Positions 1-9,099 of a stretch of DNA of 64,000 bases are shown here, in pieces (the stretch's first letter is position 1; every line of letters begins with the position of its first letter). The DNA is from an uncultured Chthonomonadaceae bacterium (GTDB lineage: Bacteria > Armatimonadota > Chthonomonadetes > Chthonomonadales > Chthonomonadaceae): assembly GCA_963835065.1 (NCBI GenBank), contig CAWIEK010000044.1, forward strand, positions 480,001 through 544,000, in the 5' to 3' direction. The translations under genes and the position numbers were made by a program. The notes under the pieces are model-generated. The model was not told the origin of the DNA. It made no database searches and worked only from the letters and a program-made list of their open reading frames with translations.

Positions 1-63
1 TGCAATCTTACAACGTCCTTCTTTTCGTTCTTCTTGGTGTTCTTGGTGTCTTGGTGGTGAAGA
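1..63. repeat. Partial (window-edge) copy of the CACCAAGA-repeat palindromic element family
   Basis: Reverse complement (CTCTTCACCACCAAGACACCAAGAACACCAAGAAGAACGAAAAGAAGGACGTT) closely matches the left arm and internal sequence at 58942-58995. Confidence 0.8.
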
Positions 64-244
64 GTTACGCGGAATGTTGATAAAGAGCGGATTCAGCCGT
101 GTGCGATTAGTGCAACCTGAAGGGCATTTTAGCTGTCATGCAAACGGGTGTGTTTTTCCGAAACTCCGGGCGCGTTCGGAGTGATAATAGAGAAAGAACC
201 GTTTTGCGGAAGGACGCCCGACAGGGAGCGAGTAGCCAACAACC

Positions 245-1327
245 ATGCTGAACACCACGCCGATTACACCCGGAAAATTGTACGATTGCCTGCACACGCT
301 GTATCAACTGCGACTGCCCGCGTATCTGGCCGGGCCTCCCGGTATCGGCAAATCCGCCGTAATCCGCCAGTACGCGCAGGAAAACGGCCTGCAATTGGTC
401 ACGCTGATGCTGTCGCAGATCGAGCCTTCGGACGTGCGCGGCCTGCCGTTTCTGGACAAAGAGGCGGGACGAACGCGCTGGCTGATCCCCGAATTCTATC
501 CCGACAGCGACTCGAACTCGCGCGGCATTTTGTTCCTGGACGAACTGGCGAATGCCGAACCCCGCGTACAGGTAGCCGCGTACCAACTGCTGCTGGACCG
601 CAAGGTGGGCGAGTACACGCTGCCGTCTGGTTGGGTGTGCTTTGCGGCGGGCAACCGTCTGGAAGACAACGCCAACGTCTACGAAATGTCGTCCGCCCTT
701 GCGGACCGGCTCGTCTTTTTTAATGTTTCCTGCGAAGCCCGCGACTGGCTGGCCTGGGCGCAAAACAACGACATCGCGCCCGAAGTCCTCGCCTTCATTC
801 AGGTAAAGCCGGACTTTTTGAACGGCAATCAGATGCAGCAATCCGCGGATCAGGTGATTGTTCCCACGCCCCGCAGTTGGGAGCGCGTGTCGCAAATCGT
901 CAAAGCGGAAAACAACCCGGAAGTGCGACAATTCCTGCTTTCGGGTGTGATTGGGGAAGCGGCAACCGTAGAGTTTGTTCACGTTCTGGAAGAGATACGG
1001 GAACTGCCGCCGATGGAAAAACTGTTTCGCCAATCCCCCGAAGAAGCGCGGCGCTTGTTTCCCAAAAGCGTGGCGGGTTTGTACGGCTTGGCCTACAGCG
1101 TGACCGCGTATTGCAATGACATGGAAACGTTCCAAAAAGGCATCTTGATTTTCAATGAACTCGATCAGATAAGCCGTGAACTGCCCGGCGCGGAAATCCA
1201 AACGCTGGCAATGGAACTCCTCATGGAGAAGGCCCATAAACTCAGCCTGGATCGAAAACTAACGTTTTCGCCGGAGTACAGCGCGTACCGCAAAAAGGGG
1301 CAGCAGGTATCCCACCTGGAATTGTAG
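245..1327 (+). CDS. MoxR-like AAA+ ATPase
   Basis: Walker A GPPGIGKS, Walker B ILFLDE, AAGNR sensor, ALADR, TPRSW; adjacent vWA gene. Confidence 0.9.
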   Translation: MLNTTPITPGKLYDCLHTLYQLRLPAYLAGPPGIGKSAVIRQYAQENGLQLVTLMLSQIEPSDVRGLPFLDKEAGRTRWLIPEFYPDSDSNSRGILFLDELANAEPRVQVAAYQLLLDRKVGEYTLPSGWVCFAAGNRLEDNANVYEMSSALADRLVFFNVSCEARDWLAWAQNNDIAPEVLAFIQVKPDFLNGNQMQQSADQVIVPTPRSWERVSQIVKAENNPEVRQFLLSGVIGEAATVEFVHVLEEIRELPPMEKLFRQSPEEARRLFPKSVAGLYGLAYSVTAYCNDMETFQKGILIFNELDQISRELPGAEIQTLAMELLMEKAHKLSLDRKLTFSPEYSAYRKKGQQVSHLEL

Positions 1328-1330
1328 GCA

Positions 1331-2542
1331 GTGTACAACATGGAATCCATGAACATTCTGGAACAAGAAGATACCGTGAAAAGGATACTGCGCTACGCCG
1401 TATCGCAAAGTCCCGGTTTTGCGGCGATTGCCTTTTGGTGTCCCTGGACAATTGACAACAAGGCGTCGTGGGTTGCCTGCACCAATGGCAAGACCATTCG
1501 CTTCGGACAGCGTTTTTTCACCGATTACAGCCCCAAAGAGCAGGTGGCGATTCTGGTGCATGAGATACTTCATGTAGCGCTGCGCCATATTCCCCGCATG
1601 AAAAAAGGCCATTTTGACGGCCTGGTATGGAATCTGGCGACGGATGCGATTATCAATGAAGCCGTCAGTAAGATGGTATGGCTGACACTGCCTACGGATG
1701 GCGTTCGACTGGACAAACTGCTGACCCCGCAGGAACTGCAGACGACGCCCGCGCACCAGTGGACAAGCGAAAGCCTGTACGCGCACCTGATTGAAGACAA
1801 GGAGCGCCTGCTGGAACTGCTTGCCGATTATTTTGGCGACCTGATTCTGGTTCCCGACAAGGACGGTTTGTTCAGCAGCGCGGACTTGCCACTGGAAGAT
1901 AAAGTGTGGAAGGAGCGGCTGACGCGGGCGCAGGCAGGGGATCGTCCCGGCGGCCTGATGCGCGAAGTCAGCCATGATTTTCCCGAAGAAAAAGTGTCGT
2001 GGGAGAAACTGCTGCGCCGCCTGATGACACAGCCGCTTTTGCCGCAAACCCGGCCCAACTGGAACCGTCCGAGTCGGCGCACTCTGGCGCTTGGCGGCGA
2101 TTATTGGGAACCGGGCAACCGCCCCCGCGAAGGGCTGCAAATGGCGGGCGTCGTGGTGGACACGTCGGGCAGTATCGGCGATGCCCTGCTGACGCGCTTC
2201 GCGGCGGAAATTCAGGGCATCCAGCAGCGGACGGGCTGCCACATCTATCTTATCAGCGCGGACGCCGCCGTTCAATCGGAGCAGGTGATCCGCAACGACG
2301 GCAAATCGTTCAAAGAAAAGGTAAAGCAGGGCAAAGTACAGTTCAAAGGCGGCGGCGGCACGGACTTTTACCCGGCCTTGCAGCGCATGAAGGAGAAAAA
2401 AGTCCGCGTGTGCGTATACTTGACGGACCTGATGGGGAATTTCGGAGACGAAACCAATTACCCGTTCCCGATCCTCTGGGCCAGCACGATGAAAAACATG
2501 CAAGCGCCGTTCGGCAAAACCATCTACATTGACGAGGAATAG
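1331..2542 (+). CDS. vWA-domain protein with N-terminal HExxH metallopeptidase-like domain (DUF2201-like)
   Basis: LVHEILHVALRH; MIDAS-like VDTSGSI, GGGGTDF, YLTD; starts 3 nt after the ATPase stop. Confidence 0.88.
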   Translation: MYNMESMNILEQEDTVKRILRYAVSQSPGFAAIAFWCPWTIDNKASWVACTNGKTIRFGQRFFTDYSPKEQVAILVHEILHVALRHIPRMKKGHFDGLVWNLATDAIINEAVSKMVWLTLPTDGVRLDKLLTPQELQTTPAHQWTSESLYAHLIEDKERLLELLADYFGDLILVPDKDGLFSSADLPLEDKVWKERLTRAQAGDRPGGLMREVSHDFPEEKVSWEKLLRRLMTQPLLPQTRPNWNRPSRRTLALGGDYWEPGNRPREGLQMAGVVVDTSGSIGDALLTRFAAEIQGIQQRTGCHIYLISADAAVQSEQVIRNDGKSFKEKVKQGKVQFKGGGGTDFYPALQRMKEKKVRVCVYLTDLMGNFGDETNYPFPILWASTMKNMQAPFGKTIYIDEE

Positions 2543-2558
2543 GCGACAGGAGCAAACC

Positions 2559-3602
2559 ATGAGATTTTTTCGCAAACCTAAGCCTGAACCGCCGCCCCCG
2601 GCTCCACCGTCCCTGTACTTTGCCGGGTGGGGCTTTGACGACCGCGAGGATGAGAATGTCTATCGGGATGAGGGAGCGGATGTGCTTGTCGTGGAAGCGG
2701 CAGGGCAGCCGTTCGTTTTGCGAAAGATGAACACGTGTGTTTGCTTCCGGCGGCGCGAGGACAAAGACGAGCGCGCGTGTTTATTTTTGCTGAACAAGAC
2801 GCTGCACAAATGGCGGGATGAAATCAAGAAGTTTGCGCCCGAAGAGTTTGTGGAAGAATATGCAAAGCAGGCGTATGGACGGCTTTTCGTGCATGTGGCG
2901 GATTGTATGCGGGAACATCAGTGCGTGTATTTGGGCTTTGCGCCCGATGGAACCGGCTTCAGCCTCGACTATACCGAGGAGCGGCTGGTAGATTTTCGCT
3001 GGCAAGGCGTGACGGCAATGACATGGCCGGAACTACTTGCCGCCGACCCCGAAGCCGCGCGGCCTTTCTGCAAAACCGTTTTCGATACGCTGGTACACCC
3101 GCGCCTGACCAATTCGTACATTGACCCCGCAGCGCTGAAGGAAATACCGCATGAGTTTGTCTGCGGTTCCGAAGCGCAATTGTGCCGCCTGACAACGCTC
3201 ATTGTACAAACGGAGCCGGGTCTATTCGATGATAATGAGGAACCTGTCACCGTCACCTACCGGGCGCAAACACCAACCAAGCGGGCGTACATGATGAAGG
3301 TGGAACGAGAAAGCGCCCAAAACTATTACAGCGAACGTATTACGGAAAATTTAGGACGGCTGCAATCGTTGTGCGATCTCGCTTTGCGCTTAAACACCTT
3401 TACAGGCGTGAAATGGAAAACATGGATGGAGAAGCCCAACCGTTTAGGCCATTTTATGAAGCAAGTTCAGCAGGTGCAGATTAAGGTACACCCGCCATCC
3501 GCCCACGAACGCGCCGAGTCGCTGTTGGGTCTGGCGGATTGGCTGGAAGGCAAGGTGCGCGAGGAAAAGCGGTTGCGGCTGTTGGGCGTGGAGGAGGAGT
3601 AG
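2559..3602 (+). CDS. Hypothetical protein, paralogue 1 of a tandem family
   Basis: AGGAG RBS before ATG 2559; C-terminal motif PPSAHERAESLLGLADWLEGKVRE shared with the next two loci. Confidence 0.8.
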   Translation: MRFFRKPKPEPPPPAPPSLYFAGWGFDDREDENVYRDEGADVLVVEAAGQPFVLRKMNTCVCFRRREDKDERACLFLLNKTLHKWRDEIKKFAPEEFVEEYAKQAYGRLFVHVADCMREHQCVYLGFAPDGTGFSLDYTEERLVDFRWQGVTAMTWPELLAADPEAARPFCKTVFDTLVHPRLTNSYIDPAALKEIPHEFVCGSEAQLCRLTTLIVQTEPGLFDDNEEPVTVTYRAQTPTKRAYMMKVERESAQNYYSERITENLGRLQSLCDLALRLNTFTGVKWKTWMEKPNRLGHFMKQVQQVQIKVHPPSAHERAESLLGLADWLEGKVREEKRLRLLGVEEE

Positions 3603-3675
3603 GTATTCGGGTGTTCAGTGTCAGGTGTTCGGTATTGGGTGTTTGGCGTTTGGTGTTGGGCAGGAGAGGACAGCG

Positions 3676-4884
3676 ATGTCGGATTGGAATTTATGGAAAC
3701 GTATTCGAGGCTTGTTGAGCGGGAAAACGGCTGTGCCCGCTGCGCAGCCACGCAAGACGCAAGCGGAAATCACACCTCGAAGGAAGTGGAAACGCCGCCA
3801 ACTGAGAGAACAGCAATACAGGAAGCAGCAAAAGCGGAAACCGTGCCGCGTTCCCATGCGGAAACGGCGGGCAGGCAACAGAAGCCGACGCAATTTACAT
3901 TTGCCAAACCGTCCCTGTACTTTTCCGGGTGGGGCTATGATGAGCGCAATGGCAAGAACCCCTATTGCAGTGAGAAGGGCAAGAATGCTGCGCTGATGAC
4001 CGTGAGTGATCAAACCTTTGTGGCGCGTATAATAAATCGGCATGTGGTGTTCCGTGAAAGTGGGGACAGGGACGAGCGTTCCGCTCTGTTTATTTCCCAG
4101 ATTACGGAACGTGGATGGCCTTACAAAGTGACCGATATACCGGAAGCGGAGTTTGCCCGCATTGTAAGACAGTGGGAGTACGGACGCTGCCTGCTGTATG
4201 TTGCCGACTTCATGCAGCCAGGGCAGTGCGCGTATCTTGGCTTTGCCCCGGACGGCAGAGGCTTCGCATCGGATGAGTATCACATCAGTATAGCGTGGTT
4301 CCAGTGGCGGGAGGCGACAACGCAGCCCTGGGCGGAACTCCTGACTGCCGATCCCGAACAACTGCGGCCTTTGTGCCAGACCCTGTTCGATACGCAAATC
4401 AATCCCCGCAGTGGAAACCCGTACATTGATCCCGCCAGCCTGACGGACATTCCGCACCGGTTTCTGAGCGGTTCCGAGGACGAACTGCGCCGCCTGACCC
4501 TTGCCATCGTGCAGACGGACCCTGATGTATTTGCGAACAGCCTGGAACCCGTCACCATCACGTACCGGGCGCAAACGCCGACCAAACGCGCCGGCACGAC
4601 CCGGATGCTGCAAGGCAAACAGCAATTGGCCGGGCGGACGCATACCCTCGCTATGTGACCTGGCGTTGCGCCTGAACACGTTTGTCGGCCTCGCCTGGAA
4701 GCCGCGCCCGCCCTATACACAGCCGAACCGCCTGGGTCATTTCGACAAGCAGATACACCGGATAATCGTCACCGCGCAGCCACCCTCCGCCCACGAACGC
4801 GCCGAATCGCTTCTCATCCTTGCCGATTGGCTGGAAGGCAAAGTGCGCGAACCGAAACGCTTGCGCTGGCTTGGGATAGATTAG
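3676..4884 (+). pseudogene. Paralogue 2, split over three frames (true lesions or sequencing errors)
   Basis: AGGAGAGG RBS before ATG 3676; the 3618-4658 frame aligns by eye with paralogue 1 (PSLYFSGWG, YLGFAPDG, TYRAQTPTKRA); the 4501-4884 frame supplies SLCDLALRLNTF...PPSAHERAESLL. Confidence 0.75.
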
Positions 4885-4889
4885 GGGTT

Positions 4890-4993
4890 GGTGTTCAGGT
4901 GTTCGGTATTCGGGTGTTCAGGCAGGAGTATTAGGACACGATTACTGCCAATGTATTGTCTGAATACCTGAACACCGAACACCTGAATACCCG
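4890..4993. repeat. Paired inverted 7/8-mer tandem repeats (GGTGTTC/GAACACC type)
   Basis: GGTGTTCAGGTGTTCGGTATTCGGGTGTTCAGG ... CTGAATACCTGAACACCGAACACCTGAATACCCG between two paralogues. Confidence 0.85.
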
Positions 4994-5004
4994 ATTTTGA
5001 AGGA

Positions 5005-6140
5005 ATGAGAATGAGCGTTAAGCAAGCGTATGACTTTCCGTTGCCGGGGTTCTGGTCCAATCATGCCGTCGCGGAACACGTCTGCGACATAGACGGACGG
5101 CGGTATTTGCTGCGGCAACTGGATGAATTTATGCTTTTCCGAATGGCAGAGCGCAACTGCGTGGAGCATACGTTTTTTGTGCCTTATCGCCGTTCGGCTC
5201 ATGCGCAGGGGCGACGCTCTTGCCAAACCGGGCGTGAGTATTCGGGACGGCAGCAGCGTACCCCCGCTTCGACAGGCATTGACGCCGCCCGTTTACTCGC
5301 AAAAGATGTTTGCCGAGCAAATAGCCAGTGGCGAACACGGACGAGTGGCGCTGTACTCCTGCCCCGAAGCGCGCGATTGCAGCCCGCTCCTGTTCTTCCG
5401 GCAGGATGGCACGGGCTTTTTCCCGGACTTCCATACGGCCAACGGCTACAGCGCTCACGAGCCGACAGAGCAAGTGGATTTTGTGTGGCATGAAAACGCG
5501 CAGGGCATTGCGAATGGCGCGGACATTCTCAGGGCGGACTGGCCGCAAATGGAAGCCTTGTGCCACGAGGTTTTCATTGGTCAGGTCTGGCCGCGCATGA
5601 AAGACCCCTTTGTGAGTTTCGCCGACACGCCCGACGCGCCGCTCACATGGAAATGTGGCTCGCAGCAGGAATTGTTTCGCCTCACGCCTTGCATCTTTCA
5701 CACGCATCCCGGCGAGTGGGCGGAGTTGGAGGCGCATTTCGGCTCGTCCGTGGTTGAATGGAAACCACAGCATCCCCGTACATTATCAAGCGGAAATGGC
5801 AGAGCATCGGGCGGAACCTTAGAGAAATGGCCGAAGCGCATACATAATCTCTGCGCAATTGCCTTGGGGCAGAATAGCGAGAGGCCAATGGCCCAAACGG
5901 ATACACGCCCTGTGCCTGCTGGCCTTTCAGCACAACATGTTTACGGGGTACAAATGGGAGTACCATCGCTATCATGGCAGAACGCGCCGACAGGGTTATA
6001 AAGCAAACCGGCTCATACAAAGTTGCATTGTCGCGCCCCCCTCCGCCCACGAACGCGCCGAAGCCCTGCTCACGCTCTGGGACTGGCTGGAAGATAAAGT
6101 AACAGAGGAGCAGCGGCGGGCCTACTTGGGAGTAAACTAA
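5005..6140 (+). pseudogene. Paralogue 3 (more diverged), split over three frames
   Basis: FRQDGTGF, CGSQQELFRLT and C-terminal PPSAHERAEALLTLWDWLEDKVTEE match paralogues 1 and 2. Confidence 0.7.
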
Positions 6141-6222
6141 GCAGCGGGACGCTGCAAGTTCGTAGTTCTTGTATCCCTATCAACTACGAACTATCAACTA
6201 TCAACTATTTAGAGATTATAGG

Positions 6223-6960
6223 TCAGGGGAACAGCAGGCGGCGGAGTTCGGCGGGGGTGTCGCATAAGTGGGTGGGAGATTCGGCTTGCAGGCGGGCGCG
6301 TCCGGCGGCTCCCCACGTAACCCCGATGGATTGAACCCCGGCGGCATGAGCGGCCTGCATGTCGTGAACCGTGTCGCCGATGTACACGGCAGTGGCGGCA
6401 TGTTCGGCGGGGATGTTCAAGCGGGACAGGGCGAGGCGCATGCCTTCCGGGTCGGGCTTGGGATGCGTTACATCGTCGGCGGTGATAGCGAAGTCTACAT
6501 ATTCGGCGATGTGCAGGCGCGGAAGCGTGTTGTCGAGTTCTTCCTGATTTTTGGAGGTGACAAGCGCGGTGGGCAGTCCGCGCTGCTTGCCTTCGATAAG
6601 AATAGCGGTCACGTCTTCCAGAATACGCTCTTGGTTGCGGTTGGCCTCATAGAAGGCGATAAAATCCGCCATAATCGCCCGCTCGTCCACGCCAAACGCT
6701 TCCAATTCCCCGAACACGCGGATTTGCTTATACAGCGGCGTTCCAATCAGGGCGCGAATGTCCTCCGGGGGCAATGTGCGCCCAAAGTAGCGCTTGTACA
6801 CAAAATCCAGCGAAGCCACAATCAGCGCAGTGGTGTCAATCAGCGTACCGTCAATGTCCCAGAGGAGGGTAGACGGTAGACGGTAGACGGTAGACGGTAG
6901 CGCCAACCCGGTTGCCTTCTCGATATTCTGGCTCTTCTTATTGTTCACAGGCATACTCAT
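6223..6960 (-). CDS. HAD-superfamily hydrolase (PpaX/phosphoglycolate phosphatase-like)
   Basis: WDIDGTL, VTSK, KPDP, YIGDTVHD motifs; start codon uncertain because the N-terminus runs through a heptamer repeat. Confidence 0.88.
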   Translation of the reverse strand: MSMPVNNKKSQNIEKATGLALPSTVYRLPSTLLWDIDGTLIDTTALIVASLDFVYKRYFGRTLPPEDIRALIGTPLYKQIRVFGELEAFGVDERAIMADFIAFYEANRNQERILEDVTAILIEGKQRGLPTALVTSKNQEELDNTLPRLHIAEYVDFAITADDVTHPKPDPEGMRLALSRLNIPAEHAATAVYIGDTVHDMQAAHAAGVQSIGVTWGAAGRARLQAESPTHLCDTPAELRRLLFP

Positions 6961-7052
6961 TAGTAGATGTTGCTGCCGTCTACCGTCTACAGCGCGGGCA
7001 GTGTACAACCGGAGCAATGTAAAAGTTGCTGTCTACCGTCTACCGTCTACCT
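6868..7052. repeat. Paired inverted heptamer repeats (GGTAGAC/GTCTACC)
   Basis: (GGTAGAC)x4 at 6868-6900; GTCTACC arms at about 6977-6990 and 7031-7052. Confidence 0.85.
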
Positions 7053-7054
7053 TC

Positions 7055-8098
7055 CTACGGTATATTCACCTCATGCCCGCCCCGCGTCACGTCGCCGATG
7101 ATGTAGGCAGACTCGCCTAGAGCGTTCAGGCGGTGCGCGAGGAGGGGGGCCTGTTCGGGCGGGACGATCAGCACGAAGCCGATGCCCATGTTGAACGTGC
7201 GGTACATTTCGGGTTCCGGCACGTTGCCGCGCTCTTGAATCAGCGAAAAGATCGGCGGAACCGGCCAGTTGGGGCGCTCAATGGTGACGCTGCAATCGGA
7301 AGGCAGGATGCGCGGAATGTTTTCATAAAAGCCGCCGCCTGTCAAATGCGCCATGCCGTTGATGTCGAATTCATCTAAAAGGGAAAGGACGGCGGGCGCG
7401 TAGCAGCGGTGCGGGGCCAGCAGTTCCTCGCCCAATGTGCGTCCGAGTACGGGAAGGAATTCGTCAAGGGGCAAGGGGTGGTCGTTGTCCAGCAGAACGT
7501 GGCGGGCAAGCGAGTAGCCGTTGGTGTGCAGGCCGCTCGATGCCAGGCCGACAAGGGTATCTCCCACCTGTACGCCGGAACCGTCAATGATGCGGTCCCG
7601 CTCCAAAATGCCCACGATGCACCCGGCCAGATCGTAGTCGCCCTCCGCGTACAATCCGGGCATTTCCGCCGTTTCGCCGCCGATCAATGCGCAGCCCACT
7701 TCGCGGCAGCCCTCCGCCAATCCCTTGACCACATCCTCCACAATTGCGGGCGATAATTTGCCGGTCGCAAAGTAATCCAGAAAGAACAACGCCCGCGCGC
7801 CCTGTACGAGAATGTCGTTGACGCAATGGTTCACCAGGTCGCGCCCGATGGTGTCATGCTTGCCGACGGCAATCGCCACTTTCAGTTTCGTGCCCACGCC
7901 GTCAATGCTCGACACCAGAACGGGATTCTGGTACTGCGGCAGCGCCGACAGCGAGAACATGCCGCTGAAACTGCCGATGTCGGTCAAAACGCCGGGCGTA
8001 AACGTGCTGCGCACATGTTGCTTGATGCGCTGCATGGCGTCATTGGCGGCGTCAATATCCACGCCTGCGTCTCGGTAAGTGATTCGTTGGTCACTCAT
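7055..8098 (-). CDS. purM: Phosphoribosylformylglycinamidine cyclo-ligase (AIR synthase)
   Basis: YRDAGVDI, DGVGTKLK, GGETAEMPG, FNMGIG. Confidence 0.97.
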   Translation of the reverse strand: MSDQRITYRDAGVDIDAANDAMQRIKQHVRSTFTPGVLTDIGSFSGMFSLSALPQYQNPVLVSSIDGVGTKLKVAIAVGKHDTIGRDLVNHCVNDILVQGARALFFLDYFATGKLSPAIVEDVVKGLAEGCREVGCALIGGETAEMPGLYAEGDYDLAGCIVGILERDRIIDGSGVQVGDTLVGLASSGLHTNGYSLARHVLLDNDHPLPLDEFLPVLGRTLGEELLAPHRCYAPAVLSLLDEFDINGMAHLTGGGFYENIPRILPSDCSVTIERPNWPVPPIFSLIQERGNVPEPEMYRTFNMGIGFVLIVPPEQAPLLAHRLNALGESAYIIGDVTRGGHEVNIP

Positions 8099-8160
8099 AA
8101 GCACATGAAAACCTTCTTCGCTGTTAATGTTTCTGACTTGCGCTTGAGCAGAGTCCGTTC

Positions 8161-9037
8161 TTAATCGCTGCTCGGCGCGTCCGGCGCGGGAGTGGGATCA
8201 ATGGTTGGTCCATTATCGGGCGTGGCTGTGCCGGAAGCGCTGCTGTCTGCCGCGTCTGTGGCTTCCGATGTGGCTATCAGACGGCGTTGCTGCGTCGGCG
8301 GGCGGCAGGTCGTATTGGCGGAAGGTGACGCCCGTAGACACTTTGCCCTCGAACCGCCCGACAACGCGTGCTTCGCGGGTAATGGTTCCCGTTACCGTGC
8401 CGTCGAAGCCGATGTTGATGCGCCCGACATTGCCTTTATTGTCGCGCAGTGTGGCTGAACCGAACAGGCGCGTGTGTCCCATCAGCAGATAGTCGGCGAT
8501 CTCGAATTCGGTTTCCATTTGCGCCGTGTAGTCGTGCGTGAGCGAGACTTGTACCGTGTCAGGCGCGGGGCGGGCGGGCGAAAGGCCGGTGACGCGCAAC
8601 GCCCCCACGCGCCGCGTGCCGCGCACTTCGCCGATTTCCGGCAGTGTCACGGCATACGTCAGCAAATGGTCGGGCGCATGGGACTCGGTCAGCACGGTGG
8701 TTACGGCGTGGGTATACGGGTGGCGATGGGTGCGGCTGTGTCCAATCGGGTCTTCCGTAACCCCGGCAAGGCTCTGGCCTTCCGCCGCGCGATAAGCCAC
8801 GCCAACCACATACGCGGCACACGCCGCCAAAACCGTTTCGGACGCTTCCGGCAGGCTGCGCTGCGCCTCATTCAGTTTTTCCGTATCCAGCAGGGCTTCC
8901 GCCAGCCGTTCCGCGCCATTGATCTTCCGCGCCGACAGCAGGCGCAGTCCCACCACGCCCGCAACCGATACGGCAATCAGCGCGGCGACCTGCCCCCGCG
9001 TGGGCTTCTTGGCAAAGGGATCAACCATTTCCAGCAT
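8161..9037 (-). CDS. Hypothetical protein with N-terminal membrane anchor; possible frameshift near the 3' end
   Basis: GGAGG RBS before ATG 9037; hydrophobic N-terminal helix; ORF stops at 8213, alternative acidic tail ends at 8161. Confidence 0.6.
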
Positions 9038-9099
9038 ATTCGTGTCCTCCTGCCTCCTCTGACGAACCGTTTCCGCCAAAGGCTTCAGGAAATTGAGAC

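Noticed and set aside
107..2575. Long antisense ORFs (e.g. 107-1237, 1259-2575, 20787-21986, 29733-31313, 40357-41652)
   Set aside because: They are shadows of well-supported genes in GC-rich DNA and show no recognisable motifs.
2559..6140. Paralogue array as a diversity-generating retroelement target
   Set aside because: No reverse transcriptase in the window and no near-identical template/variable repeat pair differing only at adenines.
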